Source: Fimbriosthenelais zetlandica (Eukaryota). Taken from it: a stretch of 64,000 bases of DNA. A program made the translations under genes and the position numbers. Under the pieces are notes generated by a model. That model was not told where the DNA came from. It was given only the letters and a program-made list of their open reading frames with translations, and did no database searches. Each line of letters begins with the position of its first letter. The stretch's first letter is position 1. Positions 1 through 14,450 of this stretch are shown in pieces. The stretch spans positions 24,366,001-24,430,000 of the forward strand of contig OZ365112.1 in NCBI GenBank assembly GCA_977030845.1, written 5' to 3'.

Positions 1-150
1 ATACATAGGCTTTTGGATGTGAAAAGGAACTAGTTTTTTCGGGGGCATAGGGATACGTAGGCTTTAGAAGGAAAAAGGCAGGAACTAATTTTGGCGTAGC
101 GATACATAGGCTTTTGGATGGGAAAAGGCAGGACTTACTTTTTCCGGCAC
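1..150. repeat. Degenerate ~50-bp minisatellite, 3 units, cut by the window edge
   Basis: ATAC(A/G)TAGGCTTT..GA.G.GAAAAGG(CAGG)A recurs at about 1, 53 and 102. Confidence 0.7.
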
Positions 151-2099
151 TAAGTTATCTTTAAAGCTTCCTTAATGGGATTAGGAGTCTCATATAACAA
201 GGTTTTGTCTCGCATGTACCTTCATCAGTGTAAGTGAGGTGTAATATATTGAACATGGCCTGTTCATGATAGATAATATGGCTGCTCTCATGTCTCTGCA
301 TATTACAGGTACAGTCTCCCCTCATCATGTAATGTCTGGCTATACTGACTTCATCGATCCACTCTCCCACTATAGCTGATGGTCCCGTGTCGACTGACCT
401 TTTCCTGAAGGTCATCGAGCTGGACCAGTTCGGCCACGATCACCCTAAGTGCATGTCTATGCCCAGACAATTTACTTTGCCGTTAGTCTGGGCAGTGAGT
501 GGACGCTTCAGTCAATACTTATCAATATCGCCTTCCTTCACCCAACATTCAATAAATTAACACGAAGAATGTCATCCGGCGAGACTGGTAAATCGATAGA
601 CTGGTCCCCAGCTGAATGACAGGGGAGTAGATGCTCTAGCCGATCATCATCAGCCTGGTAAATGGGGGTATGATACCAGAAATATCTGAGGGGTACAGTG
701 GTATCAACAGATATAAGCTTACAAACGGTTAAGCCTATACAAAGTACGTGAAAAATAAAGATATTATAGGAACACCTATCTGGTCTCGGGACTCTTTTAC
801 ACCGAATTCCTCAGGACAAATAGGTTGAAGTGGTACTCACCTGCAAAGAAACAAATAGAACTATAATTGCAAGTCGAGATTAGTGTACTTAATTATTAAT
901 GTAATAAAACAATTGTCTTCACAAAGTTGGAGGGCATACAATAGAAAAAAGGACACATTTGATGAAGGTTGTCATTGCAGCTAGGCAGTCATCTCCATTT
1001 GAATATAACTGTTAATTGAAAACAGTAGGATCCTATATAGGATCCCCCCACTCCAGATTAGATTTGGGTGTTTATTATAACCTCAGGGAGAAATGACTCA
1101 ACAAGAACACCTTCTGGCTGGCTATGATAAGGCTAAGAAATATTCCTCTTGGATAAGCCCAACTTCCCAAGCCAATCTCCGCTCATAGATCATAGCTTTC
1201 CCCCAAAAAAGTTCTCATGCGTTATGTATAAGATTCCATTGGTTTTTACAAAGATAAAAAGACTTTATTTATGACATCATTTCACCGACAACCTTGTTGG
1301 AAGTCACATTGTACTTCCCAAAGTATTATGGTATAATGGGCTTAGATTTACAAAATAGGTCATCCAGGTTTTGAGTTCAATGACATGACATTATCAGCAG
1401 TGTAAAGCTTTGCAAAGATGTGTCATAGTAGTTAGCCTTTATTATAAACTTTTCCTATTATTCATACGCGTCTTTCACGTCTACCTATCTATGGCTTTCC
1501 TACTACTTTTCCCTCAGATATCCACTATTATCAAGCAATCTTCTTCCCCTTCCTTACGTGCTATTATTAGGAAACTTATAGGCCAAACTGCTTCTGAAAG
1601 CTCCAAACTTTGCATCCACATCTATGCTGCATAATCATGGCACACTTCCAAGGCAATATTTCCGTATTAGAAGCACATATATCCCGATAGCAGCACAATC
1701 TGCTGACAGGTCTCTATCCTCTAGTACATTGCCCTATTCTCCACTGTGCCAACCAAAGCCCCTTTTCAACCTAGGACCCGTGGAGCTGCGTCTTATCTGC
1801 CTGCTCCCCCTGGGGGCGCCACTGTTGGTGTGTTCAGCAGACAGAGAGCAGCTCCGTCTTCACGCCCCCGGACTAACTCACACCGTCACCAATAGAGGGC
1901 TCTCCTCAGAGACTTACAAGCAGGAAAAGAAGATATTGTCTTCTACATCCGGTTCTTATCAATGATCAAAAATCTAATGGTAAAGTAGACAGTGTAGTTT
2001 AGATCTATGGAATTGTTTGGAACTTAGGTGAAGTATTGTTCAATCACAAAATAACATACAGATAAGAACTGATGCCAAAAATCACACACATTAATATTT

Positions 2100-2555
2100 G
2101 CGACATATCAGACGCATATATCTGTCGCCTCCGGTGCTTGACATTTGCCCAATATATTGCCCTTTTTGGCCACCAATAAGAAAGGGATACATCAATGGTG
2201 GACTGGCCATATGTGCCTCATAAATAAAACCATGAGGGCTTAGAGTGTCCAATATAAGGGCGACCTGGGAGGGCTGGAGGTGAAATATCAATGTGACTGC
2301 CACAAGACATGTTCATCCTTCACCGAGCTGACAAAATCCCCATACAAAACACTCACTCTCGCCCCCAGCTCTCGTCAGTCGAGAGAGCGGAAGTTTTTCG
2401 TTGGCGGAGGGATTTCCTGGCGGAAATTCGTGACAGAATGGAGGAGACACTTGTAATACCTAAAGCGTACAGCCAGATAAAAACAATGAGATATGAATGA
2501 ATGGATCTAAATTTGACTCCCCTTGTATCCACGTTTGATAAGGCAACTTTCAATA
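2100..2555 (-). mobile_element. Decayed L1/Tx1-like LINE ORF2 endonuclease (APE) N-terminal fragment
   Basis: Minus-strand translation VALSNVDTRGVKFRSIHSYL...ALGIT resembles the L1 EN start (SxNVRG..KR..I..YL...LQET). FLIGGQ further downstream resembles the IIGGDFN motif. Interrupted by stops and frameshifts. Matched by eye only. Confidence 0.33.
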
Positions 2556-5104
2556 GAAATTATCTGAATTCAATCTATATTTATCTGATGGAAGTAAGAC
2601 CTGCCGAGGGGGAACGTAATTGAAAATTGAGATCGTGAATAAGATCACATTTAAGATGATGAGTTGGTATAAAATTCAAGCAGCGATATGGGGAATGGGT
2701 GGAGATACTTGAAACCAAATCACATGTACAGGTTATCTCTTTCCCCATAATGCCTGGCCCTAAATCTGGTTTTGATTTCATGGATTCCAAGTTAATGCAT
2801 CAGGTCCCGGCAACAAGCCATGTTATAATGCCGTGATGAGCTCGGTTTGGAAAGCATGGATTATGTTACACGAGGAAACAGTACCCTCAGCAATAACGAT
2901 GCCCCGCCTCAGGTCATGCAAGCTATAAATACGGTATTAAATGCTCAAATAAGAGATTAAATGTTCACCGAGAGACGGCTAAGGACATTGAACATTATAA
3001 TGTGATACTTCCAAAAGTAATGGAACTAGATTGAACCTGTTTCTGGATACACAAATACATCAACACAATCATCAGAAAGAATCAGAGAAGATTTTTTCAA
3101 GCGAGTACTGCCTTATTCGATTACGAATGAAAGTAACCTTTTAGGGTATAGGGGCCTATAGCCAGGAAATAGGCTCGGGAGTGTTGATAAGGGGATTTAT
3201 GTGTATGGCAGTGGAGGTTGTGAGGGCTGAGGCACCCCTTGCCCCCACAGACAGCAGGTTGCCAGGAGCAGAGCCCCATCTCTCTATACTACTCACAGGA
3301 GCAGGTCTAAAGATGACAGATGGGGGATATAATTATCTCCATCCACGAAATGCCTCAATAAGCTTCTCAGACTGGAGCCAAATTATGAGACTCTGTCCCT
3401 CAGGCTGGATATACCGGAATATTAATATGTCATGATATGATGTTCAAAGATTTGGACGGAGCACGTTGGAGTCACTCCACATTTTAAAGACAAAAAGTGG
3501 GCGGGGGTTGGTTGGATGGTTGAGGGGTAAACATGTGATATGTACCAAGAGCAGCATCCTGGCCGGCACTCCAAGTGACCACAGTCCACTTGTGATGTAT
3601 GGGGTGCGTTGAGAGGCCAGTGAATGGTCGATGAGAAGGGTTTATGTGCACAGACTTGAATCTCAATGGCTGGTGTCTTGGTGTGTAGGGGAGGGATGTA
3701 AGATGCACGACTGACTGATACTATTATACAAGCCACTGATAGAATGTATTACTTACTGGGAACGTTCTGCTTATCCTTGCTAATAGATCTGTCGTGAGGT
3801 ATACTTTCTATAGTACAGAATTCTACACACTGAATGGAAGCTAAAGCTATGCTATTTAGAGATTACATGGTTTTAAAATATATTATATGATATATATGAT
3901 ACATCGACTTCCAGATGCATTATGAGTGAGAACAAGCAGATGATTCCTAATATTATATTGAGCCAGTTTAAAAGAAAAAATGTAGGCCCCGACAAAAATC
4001 GGTCAGCAGAACAGTCAATCATATAATATTTCATGTCAGACTCGCCATCACAGTTCTAGGGTATCACAAAAATGATGGGTATATATATATACGTTAATGA
4101 TGCCCATATATAATACCACTACCCACACCATGCATCAAAATGAATATAGCAACCATCCAGTGACAGGGGATGTCTCATTACTATGTATGAACAGACAAGT
4201 GTTCCATTTCAAAACAAATACTTTAGCAACTGTTCAGTAGTATATGACTAGTATCTTGGAGAGACAGGTATCAGAAAACGACAGACAGTGAAAAATGATG
4301 GTCTAAGACATTGTCTATAAGACCCATTGAAGCAATACATCTACATTTAAGATAACGTGAACATTTTATACCCCAGTTAATATGAAGTGGTGATAGTCAA
4401 ATCGATTTAGCAAGATAGACGTTTTAGCAAGATATCGCCATGTAAGAAAACCGATTAAAACAAAAGAGAAAAAAACAGGTCTTTGATCTTCGAGGGATGA
4501 CGGTTTGAGCGAGGGAGAGCCAGCTGATAGTCCCTCGCGAATATCGAAAAAAGCACATCAATTTATTTTCCTCCTTTTTAAAAGCCTGTCACCCAAAAAC
4601 ATGTTCTACTTGTGTCGACCAACAATGCATAATGTATCGTTGCTACCACCACAAATGACACTTTCCAAAAGCAACAACAACAGCAAGTGAATGGAGCATC
4701 AAAGTTGGGGACTGGTATAGGGAGGAAGGTGGCTATCATAGGAGGCTGTAACTTTAGGTTTTATAGGAAGCACCATTTCAAACCCATACAGATTTAAGTG
4801 TGTTTAAGTATGAGGGGAGATGAAGGAGGAACATATGAATGAGTGAAATAGATGAATATAATGGAATGGTTAAGAGTATAAACTGGATCTGTGTCCCCGG
4901 AGGGTCGTCTCGGCTTGGGCCTTATTTACAGAGTGTACAAATGGTGGTATATCATCACACTAGATTGCCCAGGGCCAAACACTTAAAGACCAGGCCTTTG
5001 ACAGCGTGAATGATTCACGATTACTGTGTATCTCTGAAGCGAGGGGAAAATCTGTTGAGCTTGTCAACGACAATGGAGTTTTTTTTAAAGTACTATAAAT
5101 AAAT

Positions 5105-5640
5105 TTATAAAAGTACTTGTTCAACAACTGCCTGTAAGCCTACTGTATGTGAGAGGACTATAGGGATCGAAAATATAATAGGATGCATGTCCTTGATAAA
5201 CATATGTGATACCTCTGAGCGTTGGATGTCAACACATACAATAAAATTACTAATTAATTCAATGTTTTTTAAACTATAGGCCTCATAATCCTTTAGGAGT
5301 AGTCTCCGACAGAACATGTGTAAGATATACATAATGTATTCAGTAAATAACAAGGCAGCTCCAGGCTTTGTACATGATATAGTCATGCTAGCTCCTTTTA
5401 ATGTAGGGAGCTGACCAATGTCAAGGTATCCATACGTTGACAGGAGGCCCCTGAGGCACAAATCAGTTACACTGAGATTTCTACAAGATCGGAAAATGAG
5501 GAAAATTTCTCCTCTTAAAATGGGGTACCGCAATTTCCAAACAACTTTATAGAAACTGTACAAATGAGCAGCCGAACTCTATTAATTTATCTTCCATACA
5601 GAAATGTCCGACCTTTAGTCTTTAGAGTTAAATATTTACA
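5105..5640 (-). mobile_element. Decayed L1-like ORF2 fragment, region C-terminal to the RT domain
   Basis: KYLTLK..KGRTFL..INRV, then KVVWKLRYPIL...QLPTLKGASM, resemble L1 ORF2 KYLG..GR..LIN and FIWKxKxPRI...LPKxxGGL. Degenerate; matched by eye only. Confidence 0.33.
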
Positions 5641-5685
5641 CCGGACAACATCCAATATAGTGCCCCAGTGCTGTGTGGCTGTGTC

Positions 5686-5768
5686 ATTGGCACCGCGCAT
5701 GCTTCCCGCACGTCACTTCCGGTCTGCTCCATTTTCAATGCATCCTGCCAGAAAAGCTTGTAGGGCGG
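5686..5768. promoter_or_regulatory. CpG-containing cluster of housekeeping-promoter motifs
   Basis: Within 83 bp: ATTGG (CCAAT box, 5686), GCGCATGC (NRF1-like, 5695), TTCCCGC (E2F-like, 5703), ACGTCA (CRE-like, 5710), ACTTCCGG (ETS, 5715), CCATTTT (YY1-like, 5729), GGGCGG (GC box, 5763). The flanks are CpG-poor. Confidence 0.5.
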
Positions 5769-8700
5769 TGGGTGGGAGAGTCGGAAAGAACAAGGCTGTG
5801 AACATGAACCCCAGCATCCTTTGACATTTAAGCTTTCTACCGAGCAGGGAAATGTTTATTTCATATATTTATAACTTGTCTAGATCTAACTCTAGCACTT
5901 CAAAGGAAAAATCTTTATTGTTTTCCATCCTTTTGACTTCCTGTTTACTCACATTAATTTCCCAAATAAAAAAGATATTTTTAAGATCTCAAACATCAGT
6001 TTTTTGACCCATAATAGACAGTAAATTTAAGTTTCATAGAACTACAAAACAACTGTGAAATACCAATATGGGTTGGTTAAGAAACCAGTCAGTATAATTG
6101 CCATGCAACTTTCAGTCTAGTTGTAGGATTAGCCTAAATATATAAGCTTAGGAGTCATGAGAATATTCAATAAAGGGATGACTAAACGTGAGAAAAGATA
6201 AATTATAAAATTACATAAGGATGGTTAACCTGAATTATATATAAAGCACAAGTGATATCACGGAGGCAGCATAAGTAAGATCTGTGTCAGAAGATGCTCA
6301 CGAGTTGAGCACTGAGGAGCGGCTCATATAACCCCCATATAACTGACATGACACCACTGTTATGATTCATGACTTGGTTCTCACAAGCTTCTGGGTAGTT
6401 CACTGCTGTCAATGACCTCAACTTGCAGAGTTACCGAGTGGGAGGTTCTTGGTATGTCCTCATACTCCTGTCAGACTAGATAGTAATTTCATCATAGTTT
6501 CTCGAATGGGCATTTGTGAGGAGATGCCTCAAACTTTGCCTCAGTCCTTTCTAATAAATCCTACCCATGTTAGCTACCTGAAGAGACTATACTAAATTAA
6601 ACTAAAAAAAGAAACTTCTTTTACAGAAGTTCTATTGAGTAATGACAAGGTTGCCCAGAGAGGGGATGGGAGGAGGATCAACTGGCCTCCAGGTGTGAGT
6701 CATAGTTGCCCCCTGAGCTGCTCACTCAGGACTGTGCCAGGTAAATGAGGCCAACACTACTCACCAGGTGTGAGAGCTAGAAGTGGCATCTTAAACATTC
6801 ACCCAGGAGACTAAAGCTTGAAAAACTCAGCCCTTACTCCCATCACTCTCCTCCTATATCACTTGAAGCATAGGCTGGGAATTTAGGCGTCCATTTCAGT
6901 GATAATTCTCTATGATATATCTATGGTTAAATCATCTACTTGAAGGCACAGAAAAATGTGGAACTAAAAGAATATGCCCACATGCCTGCTATAAGGTGAT
7001 GAATGTAAGAGGATGGAGATAGCAATACACCAAGATAGTGTTGTCAGTCTAGTCAGCCTGTGCCGGGAACTCTTTTGAGTGTACGATTGGGTTTGTATCC
7101 ATGACAGTAAATCAAGGGATTATTTGCCTGGAAATATGTACCGTGTGCCATATTTATACAGGTTGACATTCACAGCAGATTCCATCGATTCCGGTATATA
7201 AATGGATAGGCATGGTCATACACACAATTCCCGACCTTCTCAAGCAAAAAAACCGCTATCTAACACAACCAATAGTTTTAGCTCTAGACCTGAATCTTGC
7301 TAGCCGTAGACAGTTGCTAAGGTAACGCCAGTAGCTATCGACTACCACTTTTTTCTCCTCTACATTTACTCCGTGAGAAAAAAGGAACGCTCCCCGACAA
7401 ACTGGGGAGCATCATCACATTTCAGTCTAAACATTTCCTTCCCTCTCTGGTAGAAAATACACATCTATACGACCTGATACCATCAACACATGGCTTGGTA
7501 CTATATATACTCTGTAATGACGAGCTAACCACATAAATTATTGAGAAAAAATGCCTTGGATGCAAGGAGCGCCATAACAAGGGAGAAAATGGAAGTGTTA
7601 AATGCAATGTTATCAAGTAGTCTTAGTATTGTAAGAAACGTGGGTAAGGAAAACAAGGTCCAGCTAAAATGTTTTATGAGGCGTTTCTGGACGCACATTG
7701 ACAGGTCATTGATCCCTGCTTCAATTTACAAACCACACAGCCAGGGGACGCAGTGGTAGCGATGGTCGCGGCGAAAACAGAATCGATGTCCCCCAGCCAC
7801 GACACTATCGACATTCCACTTAAACGGACCGAGGCCATAATCTAACTTCTTTCACTCTGATCCGGCTCCGGCCACCATGAAATCAAGGCTATTTTGGAGG
7901 AAAAGCTAGCTGATGAACAGGAATCAGCTTCTGCTCGCCACCACTCCAACAAACTCAGAGTAGTAATTGCTCAGAAGTTAGTTGGAGGGATGGACTGGGA
8001 AACATAATGGTCCCATTAGTGATTCCTTCTTTCCTGCCCAAACTACCCTCGGATACACAGTTCAAGTTGCCCTCTAATACAACTTGATACACCTTCAAAT
8101 GAAAGGGCATATCGGGATATCTAAACTGTTGCACACGTTGACACTGTTGAGGTAACAGTTGTTTTATACACAAATATTCTAATGTATTTTTAATCTTGAT
8201 TACCAAAGAGTATATATGCCCCAACCAGAGTATGGAAAACACAATAACAAGGACCACATCTGCGTTCTGTCATTTGAATTAGAGTATATAGGACACAGAG
8301 GATTTTTCAGCACTTGACATATAATTGTGCGCTTGAATCCACATGCATCGTTGTTAGCACATGCCATATGTTGGGCTAACTCAGTCATACAAGCTTCAGT
8401 TGTTACATGAATGAAGACAAACGATACTAGAGATTGAGAGCATTACGCACTCTCCTGAATGAGCATCATTAAATACACACCTTCCACAATACTAGCTTTC
8501 TATAGTGGTTGTAGGAGTCGTTGTACATGTCAGAAATATCATTTCGCCAGAGTTTTTCCACATGATGGATTGACTATGCTTTGAGAGGTCATAGATATCA
8601 CTGGGGTGAGACAAGTAAGGGCAGATGTGGAAAAGTTCTCATGTGAATAATGGATGTGATGTGAGGCAGACTTTCTGAACTTGATCATACAATTAAGTAG

Positions 8701-11700
8701 TTTTCCATGTCTAGTTGTATCCTTTTCAAGTTTACTAAAGAGCTCTTTGAATGTAATAAACATTATTATCAACCAGGATTTATATAACTGATCTCAAGTT
8801 GGCATGCAGACATCCAACATAAGGTGCTATCATGCCTCGGGCGTGCTCATAATTTAATATAATGTTGAAATGATGACATAAGTTACATTCATAGGTGACA
8901 TGAATGGAGCTGATAAACAGCCACGAGTTATGCAGTAAGCTTCTATATATTGTAGCGGTATTATCATTATGAACTCCCTTTAAGTCCAAGACCAAGAATC
9001 CCTGGCCGCAGTCCCAGGACTTATTTGAAATTGTATGTCTCCTAAACCATGTAGATTTCCTAAAGATACAATGAGCAATAGACCCCAAACCTCCAATATC
9101 CGCCTGCCCTTGTACTTCCCCATGCTATAAACACTGCTCCATCCTCGGCAGGGTCATCTGACCTTAAACAATCACCAGATGGCAGGCTGGTTGCCATTTT
9201 GTGGAGGAGGTCAGGAGACAATCATTCTTTGTCTCCTGAGAGGCAAAGGTTGCGTGATTCTTACAGAATAAGCTCACACAACAAGGCAACCGTGAGATAT
9301 GCTCCTGAAACCTAACATGAATTGGTTGTAGCCTTGGTGGAACTAACACTATATATAAGTAAAACTACTGTTCACTGTTTTTCCCTTTCCTTCATTTTGA
9401 TCCAGGGCTTTGCACTGTGCATGTCATATGTAATCTTTTGGATATTCTTAACCTGATTTTTTTAATGTCATAGCTCCCAGGCACAATTTTCCACACCCTA
9501 GATAATAATCATGTACACTCTGATACAGGTGTGAGTATAGGCATGCAGTGGACGGAAGGAAAGGTCATGGGTTTTAGCCATTTTCAGAGGCAGACCATCT
9601 TTATTCTGGTCAGATTCCCAATGTCAATGACCAGGGCATATCCATGCATATTGCAACACAGACCACTTCAGTATATAAAAGACCATTTTCTACAAGCTTC
9701 TATATTTTCAGGACAATATATGGGGATCTAGTGTTGGAATCAACCAAGTGTTAGGTTGCAACCTTTTCACTTTAGATCTTTCCCACGAGATGTTTACTGG
9801 CATAAAGTCGCCTAAATGCCGCTTCAATAACAATCAGGCCTTTGCTCGAGACGTGGATAATAAGAACCAGACATATGCACCAAAGTAAAAACTTCAGATA
9901 ATATATAAAGAATGAGAAATCCATGGCCTGGCTGGCTGGCTCCGACCATATGTGCGCTAGATTCTCCATCCTCACATGTGTTGGAGATATGCTTCATATT
10001 CATGTCTAATATATCATATATTTTATAAGGTTCCTAGTTGACCCAACACAAATTTTATAAAGATAATAATATAGACTTTCGCCTCTACATTAGAAGTTCA
10101 ATATATCTAGCAGTGGTCCCTGTTATAGTTATTATTACGTCAATGTGGACGATCATTTTTTATGACCTTTACCAGTCTCCGTTTCCCAATAAATCATTAT
10201 AGCTAATCCTCGGTATGACCCGAGAAATCACCATGGAAGGGCATCCCTGAAGAGAATACATCAGGACTCACTTCCCAACCACTTACGTCCTCTTACAAAC
10301 GACCCCTGTCACGTGACAGACTACCAGGAATTCTGGGTAATTTGGTGGTAAATTCCGCTAGAGGGCATGGCCACAGAGGACCACGACTGACATGGCCTGA
10401 TTTCCACCCTTCACCCCGCCCCTCTCTACCCGTCCACAGTCCATTCACAAGTCAATTTCCAGTTCAAATCTGATTCTAGTTTGTTGGAAGCTTTCCCAAT
10501 GCAGCCTTCACTGGGCAAATGAGAAAGGAAGCACATTTCCTCTTGGAATAAGCGATGAGGGTCTGATTCCTTCCCGGACGTTGGTTAACATTCAGAGTGT
10601 CTACTGCTGAATGGCCATCATGTTTAGACTAGCCTAGAAATGTCTTGCACGGGAGGCCTAAAGTTCCCCGGGGGAACATAGAGCATTGAAGTTAGTACCA
10701 GCTGCAGGTCGTAAATGTACTTGCTTTGATTCATTGCTCAGTCTTAAAAAAGAACATATTTTTCAGGAGACAGAACTTATATATCCAGGAAGGTTATCTT
10801 CAGAGAAGGGTATATTTAACCACTGTCCCAGTTGGGAAATAACATAATGTGATTTCTAGTAAGCCTTATGGTGGAGTAGACAGACACACTGGTATGAGAT
10901 TCATTTCCCAATGGAGCAGCCAGGGCCATCTACTTCATTGGCTGAATGGGAGACTGGGCCATCCATGACAATAAGGGGAAGAGGACAATCAGGACGATCT
11001 ACCGGAAACTGTCACAGAGGGATTCAGGAGGCACAACACTGAGTTAATAACTAATACACAGTGAGCTGAACAGAATGAGAAGCTCAAGGCCAATGATAGA
11101 AAAACACATCGTAATTTATTCAACTTTTTCCTCTTGTTCAGACAAAGAGTTGTGTTTTTCTTCTTCAGGGATGTTAAAGCTCTTGGGGTGAATATACATT
11201 ATGATGGGAGGGTGGCGTGAGAGGTGGCTATTAACCTTAAAAGGTCTGCATGGAAGCGAGGCAGTTGTGCATTTGCAACCCCTTTCAGCACAGATGCCAC
11301 TTAGAGAATCAAGTAACTCACTATTCACACAGATAATCATATAGGGACAAGCTTATTCAGTCAACACAAGCTCCATATACATGTACAAGTATGCTTACAC
11401 AGGCTTTGTTCTTGAACTTTTGTTGGGAATCGCTTCCAATCATGGTCAGAAAAGTCATCTTTAATAAGGGTTTAAATATCTGTGGGTAAAGGTAAAAAGG
11501 TTCGACTAATTCCCTAACTGCATACCCAATGGAAATTAGCCATTCTTATATTTGGATAGAATGTAACAATAATGATTTGGGTAAATATATGAATGAATCA
11601 TTAGCCTTGCCCATCTGTAAGTACAGATCTAAGCAAATGTATACATTGAGCAACATGCAGGGGTCCTCATAGAATGAGATACAACAGAATCATCTCACAC

Positions 11701-13449
11701 AATGTAAACTGATGCCATGTTACTAACAGTTGGCAATAAGAGTATATATATTAGTAAGAGGTGACCCCGCGTAATGAAGAGATCATTGTTGATCCTTTAT
11801 GGCAATTTCATCATGATCCTTACAATCACAGAGGACAGAAACCTGGATCTATTCCAGTAGTGGGATTAGCCAATACTGATTGTCAGACTCTATAGAATAT
11901 TACGGGCTTTGGGACATTGCCCTGTTGTGACGGAAAAATGCTTGTCATGCAGGCGTCAAGGCAGCCAAATCCCTCTGTCCCATACATAGATGGAGTGGAG
12001 AGAAATGGTCAACCAAGACCATTTATCAACTAGACACTCTATCTTTTTACCTATATTACTGCATGGTCTATCAGTGCTTCCCAGGCTATACTATAGTGAC
12101 CTCACTTGCCGGAGGGAACTACATGGGGACCTTTAGATCAAAATTAGAGACACATGTACAGCAGTAAAATATCTTAAAGTTCCTTTTTATGAGAAGTTTC
12201 CCTTTCTGATGTAACCCAGGCTCATATAACAAATGATCCAGCTGCAAGCAGTACAAACTGCAATTAGGATTCGATTTAATTTGAAAATTTTATGTTGGGC
12301 CTACGGGCATACGTTTTAGAAACGCGCGCCATTTACGATATTGATGACTTCATGAGATGTACATAATTTACTAAAAAAAAATAATTAAAAAAAATTTAAA
12401 TGACTTCTCTGTATAGTCATGAGGCAAAATATACATTATGTACTATAGTAAGTCTAATAAGGAAATATTCATGGCCTGATCATGCTTGTTTTGGCAGGTG
12501 GTTCCACATATATCATGACATGTCATTTTTTTCTGGTATAGATTCAGTACGCAATGGCATTATGATGATGACTTAATGACTTCAACAACTGGAAAACAAT
12601 GTCCTGCACCCTGCATTCTAACCCTGGAAACATTATATTTCCATGGAGTATGAACAAAATTAACACTTTGCATGAACGTTTTGGAATATTCACATGCTAT
12701 GCAGCCATCATGGATGGTGGGTGATGGGGTTAGACAGACGTTCAGTTTTGACGTAGTCAGACCGCAGAAATAATGGGTCACACTTGGACCCCCAACACCC
12801 TGAACTCAACAAGGTCCTACCCTCCAACACACAGGGGGGTCTCTGTCAACCTGTCTCCAATACACATGATAAATAAATATTCACGTCATGTTTACACGCT
12901 TCCCAGTGATAACATGAAAACCAGGCAGCAATGGGGGAACAATACCCCAGACGAGGTTATATGTGCATGGCCAAAATCTGTGAGTTACCCCTTCAGAAAA
13001 GATGGATGGGTCAACTCAAATGGGAGCCATAAGTCATGTTTGATCCCAGTACGAGACACTTGAGGGACTCTATATTCATCCGAGTGTGAGCATAGTTCTC
13101 GTTCGGGATTAAAAATCAATGCTAAAAAGTAAAGAATGGGGCGTGTCCTGGATTCCTCTTTTTCCTCAGTGGTATTAAGGGACTATTTTTATAACCTACA
13201 GGGTGATGATAGACATCTTACATAAACTCCAGAGCTGCACAACATTTGGGGCAGAGCAAAAAGGAAGGAGGCAAGGGGTTTTATATATTGTACTAGATAA
13301 TACACAATATTAACATTATTCGAATTAAATGGATTAAAATTAGTGTAGGCCTATGTGCGGGGAAGGATGCGGAATTTGCCCACAATTATAACGAGATTAG
13401 CCAATTTTGTGTGTGTGGAATTTAGAAAAGACAAGTGAGAAGGACATCG

Positions 13450-14450
13450 TTAACATGGGGAGACAGATGTATAATGATGATTGATATGTCTGTCCTTCCA
13501 AAGACTGGCTGGCCTCACCAAATATATAATATCCTACAAGAATCGTGTAACAGACGAGGACCCTATCACGAAGAGCTGATATTACTACACATGTATCAGC
13601 AACCAAATAAATCTTCCCAAACACGATCAACATTAGTATGAAATATATTCCCGTTTTTCCCATTCCATTTGTGTTCCTGGATCCATTGGTAGACTATAGG
13701 ATAACCTAATCGCATGCCAGTCTATCTTTACCCTGGTAAACGGGCACAATGTTTGCTGCAATAATGAGCATTCATTTTTATGTTGGGCGGAATGGCCAAG
13801 TCTCTCTGTCTGTGTAAAGTCCATTGAATGACTATCATTTTGTCGCGAGTCTGTGTTTTGTTAGAGAACAACAAACCAACAGAGGAAGAGATTGAATTGC
13901 CATCACAACTACATCGCGGCTTTGGCTTCAGAGAAGGAATAAAAATGTTGGCTCCAGAAACTTCCTTTTAAGGAACAGTCCCAAGGCCTTTTAGGATAAA
14001 ATGTTTCTATATCTGAGTTTCTTGTTATCTAAGCTATGGTTAATAAGTGGGAAAACATCCAGGAAACAAGTCCTTTGGCAAGAATGGGAGAAATAAATTT
14101 ATGACAAATCTGGCATGTTACAATAGGAACAGGTCTACACTTGTGATTGACACAAGTGGCTCTCTAGGGTTAGCGTCTGACCAAGCAGAAACATCTTAAA
14201 AAGTCTTTCATATTCAAAACCCAGTCTCCAGAATAATCGCCAAGCTTTCAAGGGATCTCCTGGATCTTTGCTTTTATTGACATTCTTTCTTAGCATCACT
14301 ATTGAAGGCACGTCCAGGAAATCTCCTTTACAGCTGTCACATGGCATCTCGCGTGAGAACGAGATATTCAAAGATAGAGTTACCTCAGTAAAGATCCTGA
14401 TGGAAGAGAAATCCAAGCCAAGTTATGGAACTAATATTTCACCAAAATAA
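13450..14450 (-). mobile_element. Decayed L1/Tx1-clade LINE reverse transcriptase fragment
   Basis: RT motifs appear in the expected order on the minus strand, across frameshifts and stops: LGLDFSS (~PGPDGF, ~14430), KSKDPGDPLKAWR (~KDPxxLKNWRP, ~14270), KALGLFLKRKFLEPT (~KAFDxVxWxFL, ~13990), GMRLGYP (~GVRQGCP, ~13715), LVADT (~YADDT, ~13595). Confidence 0.55.

Noticed and set aside
8590-9000. Plus-strand LINE endonuclease relic (IGDMN at ~8890)
   Set aside because: Only one short motif, and the flanking APE motifs are not convincingly present.
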